Below, in pieces: positions 57,634 through 64,000 of a DNA stretch of 64,000 bases (position 1 is its first letter; the number at the start of each line of letters is the position of its first letter). The DNA is taken from positions 18,414,001 through 18,478,000 of the forward strand of contig OZ024751.1 in the NCBI GenBank assembly GCA_964016885.1. The letters run 5' to 3'. The stretch is from Eledone cirrhosa. Taxonomy: Eukaryota. Position numbers and translations under genes: made by a program. The notes beneath the pieces are model-generated. The model was not told where the DNA came from. It was given only the letters and a program-made list of their open reading frames with translations, and did not search any database.

Positions 57634-57706
<73 letters not shown>

Positions 57707-57828
57707 GTATGTATATATATACACATATAATAGCATTCACATATATGTAAACAAAAAAACATGTGCTTACACACATACATGCCATGACAAAAACAGACAA
57801 GCACATATAAAACTGTTTATCTTTCTCC

Positions 57829-57859
<31 letters not shown>

Positions 57860-58468
57860 CCCCTCTCCCTCTTGCTCTCACTCTCGCTTTCTCTTTATGT
57901 CTTTCTTTCTTCGCACCATCTTCTATAAATACCAGCGTTATTTCCTTTTTACGAAATACGAAACTTGTTTAGATCGGATACTAGTGGAACTTAGTTTATC
58001 TCTTAAAGAACAGCTTTACTTTAGGGAAAATATCACACCAAACTGTAAAGGAAAGGTCACTCATCGATTATGACTTAGCGTGTTATGGTTGTTTTTGTTG
58101 GTGGTGGTCATGGAATTTTTTTTTTTTTTTTTTATTTATGGTTTTATATATTTATATATATATATATTTTTTTTCGAATGTTGTTTGTTCAAAATTCCTC
58201 CTGACTTTTATTAGCTTCAAGCTATATAAAGTCTAAAATATATAGAAAATGTAGGAAACTGAAAGGAAGAAAATAAGTGTAAACACAGTTGGTTGCTGTA
58301 AATAATGCCTTAGAGAACATTGGGTAAAGACGCCTTATAGACGGAAATATATTTCATAGTTATTTTCTCTGTCTAAGCTTCCTACATTTTCTACGCGCGT
58401 GCACACACACACACACACAAACACATACGCACAATCACACACACACACGCACACACACATACGCACAA

Positions 58469-58530
<62 letters not shown>

Positions 58531-58834
58531 ACACATACATATAAATATATATATATACATCCAGGGTGTGTACCATGAAGTTACTATAGGTTCACCCAGG
58601 TGAGCACTCGATGTTTAGGTTCACGTCAGTGGCGAGGTGTAGAGCTAGACAGAGTGTAATATAATAATGTAATATTACAAGGACGATTTGTTAAGTTTTC
58701 ATTACGTTTCGCGCGTATCGCTATTGATCAGCTCAAGGTTCGATTTGTATCGATCTGGCCCGACTCTGGAATCAAAAGCTCGTCGAACCTCTGCTGTCAT
58801 TACTACAGCAGAGGTCCGACGAGCTTGTATTATT

Positions 58835-58938
58835 CGGACGCGATGCTTTGACGCATAGAGTTACGGCCCTTGCCATTCTAAGTTCAAATCACGCTGAGGC
58901 TAACTTTGCCTTTCATCCTTACGGTGTCGATATATAAG

Positions 58939-59035
<97 letters not shown>

Positions 59036-59460
59036 TGTCACAGAATAGAAGGACGGTGAGAGAGAAAGTGAAAGCAATAACAAGAAAGATTTAAAGAGGG
59101 AGGATCTAATGACACTTTATTTATCGACCTGATAGATAAAAGCAAAGTTAACATTAGCGGGAATTGAACACAGTAAAGCTTTCTATCCGATGCTTTTATC
59201 TAAAGATTTTTTGTTAATTTTCCGCCTAATTTTGAAATAGATTGTAAATAGATTGAGTGAAGGCGCGTGGCTGAGCTTTTGAGAATTGCATTTGCAATCG
59301 TGAGGTTGTGAGTTCGATACCTGGACCGGGCGATGCGTTATATCCTTGAGCTCAATGAGCTCAAAGGAAAGGGTTTTCCTGGGCACTTTAGAATACAATA
59401 TAGAGAGGAGAAAACGCAGGAGAGAAACACACTCTCCTGTGTTTTCTCCTCTCTATATTG

Positions 59461-59494
<34 letters not shown>

Positions 59495-59800
59495 AAAAAA
59501 TGTTAGAGCATTTGGTTCGCAATCTTGAGGTTGTGAGTTCGATTCCCGGACCGGGTGATGTCCTTGAGCAAGACACTTTATTTCACGTTGCTCCTTCTAC
59601 CTGGAGTTGCGACCGATAGATAGTATTAGCAATTGGAAAGACTGGCGGAAACATTGTTTCTTTGGTCAGATTAGACGAAAGTCAAACGAAAGTCACATTG
59701 TAAAATATTATAATAATTGTTTCTACGTTAGGCACAAGGCCAGCAATTACCAAGTGTATTACTGGTACTTTATTTTATCGACCCCGTAAGGATGAAAGGC
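58835..59800. mobile_element. Partial SINE copies (about 58835-58932 +, 59110-59170 -, 59716-59800 -)
   Basis: Each matches the SINE body. Confidence 0.7.
59393..59464. repeat. Short hairpin next to (TA)n, between two partial SINE copies
   Basis: aatacaatatagagaggagaaaac is mirrored by gttttctcctctctatattgtatt. Confidence 0.7.
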
Positions 59801-60114
59801 AAATAATAATGCTAGTCGAGACAGTTCAGCTGTGCATCATCAAAGAGTAACTATTACCAATATACAATTCTTCTGTTATAAAAACAAAAACAAAAAACAA
59901 GATGTCAACCTGTGGCTAAGTGACAACAACAACAACAACAACAACCAGAACAAAATCACAACTATCCAAGCGGATATTGCACAAAGGAAACATTAACCTA
60001 ATTATTAGCAATATTCGGAACATTAAGGATCAACTAAAGCCATATCAACAACATCAGCAACAATAATTGCTGTATAGACACTCCCTCAACAGAGACACAT
60101 ATGTATATATGATA

Positions 60115-60154
<40 letters not shown>

Positions 60155-60192
60155 CACACATATATATATATACATATATATATATACCTATA

Positions 60193-60449
<257 letters not shown>

Positions 60450-60554
60450 ATTGGGCTCTGCTCTTAACCGTCCACAAGGGATGAAGAACTAAATATATGT
60501 AATAGAGTAAATATATGACTTAATGACGAGTCTCATTGTTACTAATATATATAT

Positions 60555-60639
<85 letters not shown>

Positions 60640-60903
60640 AATGGAATACAATGAAACGAAATTTCATTTCTCACTCTTACTACGGCACTTACTTAAATGT
60701 ATGTATGTATGTATACGTACATACATATATGTCTACAGACGTACAGTAGTATGTATATATATATACATACATGCACACATATATATATGTGTGCATGTAT
60801 GTATATATATACATACTACTGTACGTCTGTATGTACGTATGCATACATACACACTTACTTATATATGTGTGTGTATATATATACACACAAACATGTGTAT
60901 ATA

Positions 60904-61011
<108 letters not shown>

Positions 61012-61033
61012 TATATATATGTATGTATGTATA

Positions 61034-61106
<73 letters not shown>

Positions 61107-61461
61107 GTACACAGACATTGATAATTTGATGGATAGGTTAATAGATCAACGCGCGATTGTCAGGTTGATAAATATATATATATACATGTAAATATATATA
61201 TATATAAATATACAAATATATATTTGTATTATTTATACATTTTACATAACTATCTTGTTATTTCTCAACGTATCAGATGTTCTCCAATATCAGCTGTATA
61301 ATATCACTGTATAATCTTTCTATTACACACTCATATCCGTCTCTTTGTCAACTGATCGCTGGTTATGTTTGATGGATTGGCTTTTTGCACCAGATATCCG
61401 ATATATACAGTATATCCGATATACACTATAATCTCCACCATCTCTTTTATTATTATTATTT

Positions 61462-61823
61462 TTAAAGGAAAATCAGGGTAGAGAGGGAAGTGCTCTCTTC
61501 CCAGCATTTTGTTGAAAGATGGGTGAGAGAAGCAAGTATGGCCCGAATGAATGGGCCTTCTCTGAGTATGTGTCTGTAAATTAAAGGTGGAAAACTGGGA
61601 GAGGGCACTTGCCCTGGTGGTCAGGGCCACTGTGGTCTTTTAATGGGCTTTCTCCACAAATGTCCCTCGGAAGTCTCCCCCCTATTGGGGAATTTTTCTT
61701 TGTTATTTTATTTCATCCTCTGTTTTTTTTACACGCAGAAATGCCCATTTGTACCGACCTGTATTGTCCTGTACTGTCCTTAATGTCTACTTTATGTAAA
61801 CCCTTGTGGTTAATAAAGAAAAC
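61462..61823 (+). mobile_element. 5'-truncated sister Tx1 LINE in (ATT)n
   Basis: 61466-61579 encodes RKIRVEREVLSSQHFVERWVREASMARMNGPSLSMCL*, homologous to the ORF2 end RRIRMEREVLHPSRFYERWVKVARMARVNGPSLYIRL*. AATAAA at 61812, then (ATT)n. Confidence 0.9.
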
Positions 61824-61833
61824 ATTATTATTA

Positions 61834-61866
<33 letters not shown>

Positions 61867-61867
<1 letters not shown>

Positions 61868-62598
61868 AGTTGCATTTATTTTGCTTTATGTTCATACGAG
61901 TTATCACCAAGTCACAACCAGTGACCTCAAGCGACAACAAGGTCTGCCATGTTCAAGAAAGAACATACATACACACACATGCCTCTTTAGGTTTAGACTT
62001 GTGATGTACTTATATTGACAGAATCTTCCTTAGTATATGGGCAGTTCCCATTAGTACTATCTTTTGTATTTCTCCTATACGCGGGTTTCCTGGGATTTGC
62101 GATAAGTAATCATTAGCCCCCTTAGGTATCATTCCCAGAGCGCCTACAACCACTGGTATTGTTTTAGTTCTCAATTTCCACATGTTTCTAATTTCTATCT
62201 CCAGGTCCTTATATTTGCTCAATTTTTCAAATGTTTTTTATATATACATTCTTGTCTATTGGAACGGACATATCAATTAGCAGGCATATCCTCTTTTTAA
62301 AGTCCTTCAGTATTATATCAGGTCTATTTGCATCTATTTTTCGGTCTGTTTGGATGCTAAAGTTCCACGAGATTGAGATGTGATTTTATCAAGTATGGGA
62401 GGTGGGTGATGCTCCCACCAATTCTTTTGATGGGGCAGGTCAAAATGATTACACATTATCCAATGTATGTATTGTGCAGCTCTGTCATGCCTGTTTAGGT
62501 ATTCGGTTGGAGCTATAGGACTGCACATTGAAATTATATGATCAATGGTCTCTGGTTGTTTTTTAAATACACGGCATAATGGGTTGCTTCCATTTTTT
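61867..62598 (-). mobile_element. 3' fragment of an R4/Dong-like RLE LINE (frameshifted) in (TAA)n
   Basis: CRV.KKQPETIDHIISMC (degenerate CCHC), RHD, NRPDIILKD..LLIDMSVP, KYKDL, IPVVVGALG. (TAA)n on both sides. Confidence 0.88.
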
Positions 62599-62603
62599 TA
62601 TTA

Positions 62604-62643
<40 letters not shown>

Positions 62644-62659
62644 TACAATAATAAAAATA

Positions 62660-62757
62660 TTTACACGGACAAAACCCACATCGTACCGTCCTGTACCGTC
62701 CTGTGCGGTCTGTAATGTTTTTCTTGATGTCAGCCCTTGTGGCCAATAAAGAAATCA
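62660..62757 (+). mobile_element. 3' UTR end of a Tx1-like LINE in (ATT)n
   Basis: gtaccgtcctgt..CCCTTGTGGCCAATAAAGAAATC(ATT)n, similar to 61725-61823. Confidence 0.7.
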
Positions 62758-62847
62758 TTATTATTATTATTATTATGATTATTATTATTACATTCGTTTA
62801 CTGTTTTGTTTGGCACTTTATGATACCTACCACTTTCTTCCTTCATA

Positions 62848-62936
<89 letters not shown>

Positions 62937-63022
62937 CTATATCTTTCTCGCTCTCTCACTCCTTTTATCACTGAATTGATTCACACATATACACTCTAAC
63001 TTTATTCTCTCTCTTTTGTCGT

Positions 63023-63103
<81 letters not shown>

Positions 63104-63590
63104 CGTTCCCACTTTCTTTCTCTCTCTGTCGATCATACAAATACTCTTGTATTGCTCAATTTTCCTACACTCACACATAACCGCACATATATTTAGGTGT
63201 GTATATGTGTGTTTGTGCATGTGTGTACATGTGTGTGTTTGTATGTGTGTGTGTGCTTGTGTGTGTGTGTGAATGCATGCACATATAATATATATATATA
63301 TAGTGTGTACATGTATGTGTGTGTGTATGTGTGTGTGTTTGTGTGTGTGTGTATGCATGCACATATAATATATATATATATATATGAAAGTGCGTGGCTG
63401 AGTGATTAGAGAATTGACAATATGTTACGTACTTGAGCAAGACACTTTATTCCACGTTGCTCCTTCAACCTGGACAGATAGTATTAACAATTGGAAAGAC
63501 CAATGGAAACAATGAGCTCCACCCATTCGTTAAGCGAATGAAGTTTGGGATCTTGTTGACCGACTGTCGATATATATATATATATATATT

Positions 63591-63991
63591 CTAAGGCGGG
63601 TAAAATTTCCGAGATCCATGGACGAGTTCTCTCCAGCGGTCTCTGTCCCTCATTATCGCTGCCATGTCCTGCGTCTCCAACAGACCAGTGTCTGTCCTTA
63701 GGGCATCAACATACGTTAACCTTGGTCTTCCTCTTCTAGTGTGTCCATGTAGGGGCTCCCATGGAGTCTGTGCTGCTGTATGGGTCTGAGACTTGGACAC
63801 TGACCAAGAAACTCACTCAGATGGTGGATGGGTGCTACACGAGAATGTTGAGGATGGCTCTGAACATTAATCAGTATACACTGAGGATGAAAAACTCAGA
63901 GCTGTATGGGAGCATCTCAAAAGTGAGCTCATAAGTGACACAGAGGAGACTGAGGTTAGCTGGACATGCTCACCGACACCCAGAGTTGACA
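63591..63991 (-). mobile_element. RTE LINE copy with a 5' inversion, in (TA)n
   Basis: 63591-63761 matches 8386-8550. 63762-63991 is the reverse complement of about 8569-8798. Confidence 0.92.
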
Positions 63992-64000
63992 TATATATAT

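Overview
AT-rich, microsatellite-saturated eukaryotic DNA. The SINE content suggests an octopod cephalopod (inference). I could not identify a host gene, and nearly all ORFs in the track are (TA)n/(CA)n/(GTG)n artefacts. The real content is retroelements, each sitting in its own microsatellite type. (1) An intact full-length Tx1/L1-type LINE (ORF1+ORF2) lies between (GATA)n arrays, and 5'-truncated sister families lie in (ATT)n. (2) Two R4/Dong-like RLE LINE fragments lie in (TAA)n. (3) There are RTE-clade fragments in (TA)n, one with a twin-priming-type 5' inversion. (4) About 20 copies of a tRNA-derived SINE occur, including a 196-bp head-to-tail concatemer. (5) The main finding is several families of short non-coding foldback cassettes in (TA)n. 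Most of these families carry minimal type I hammerhead ribozyme folds, often on both strands, with stem covariation and recurrent non-canonical core variants. They resemble Penelope-like element termini. All folds were derived by eye and none has been tested.
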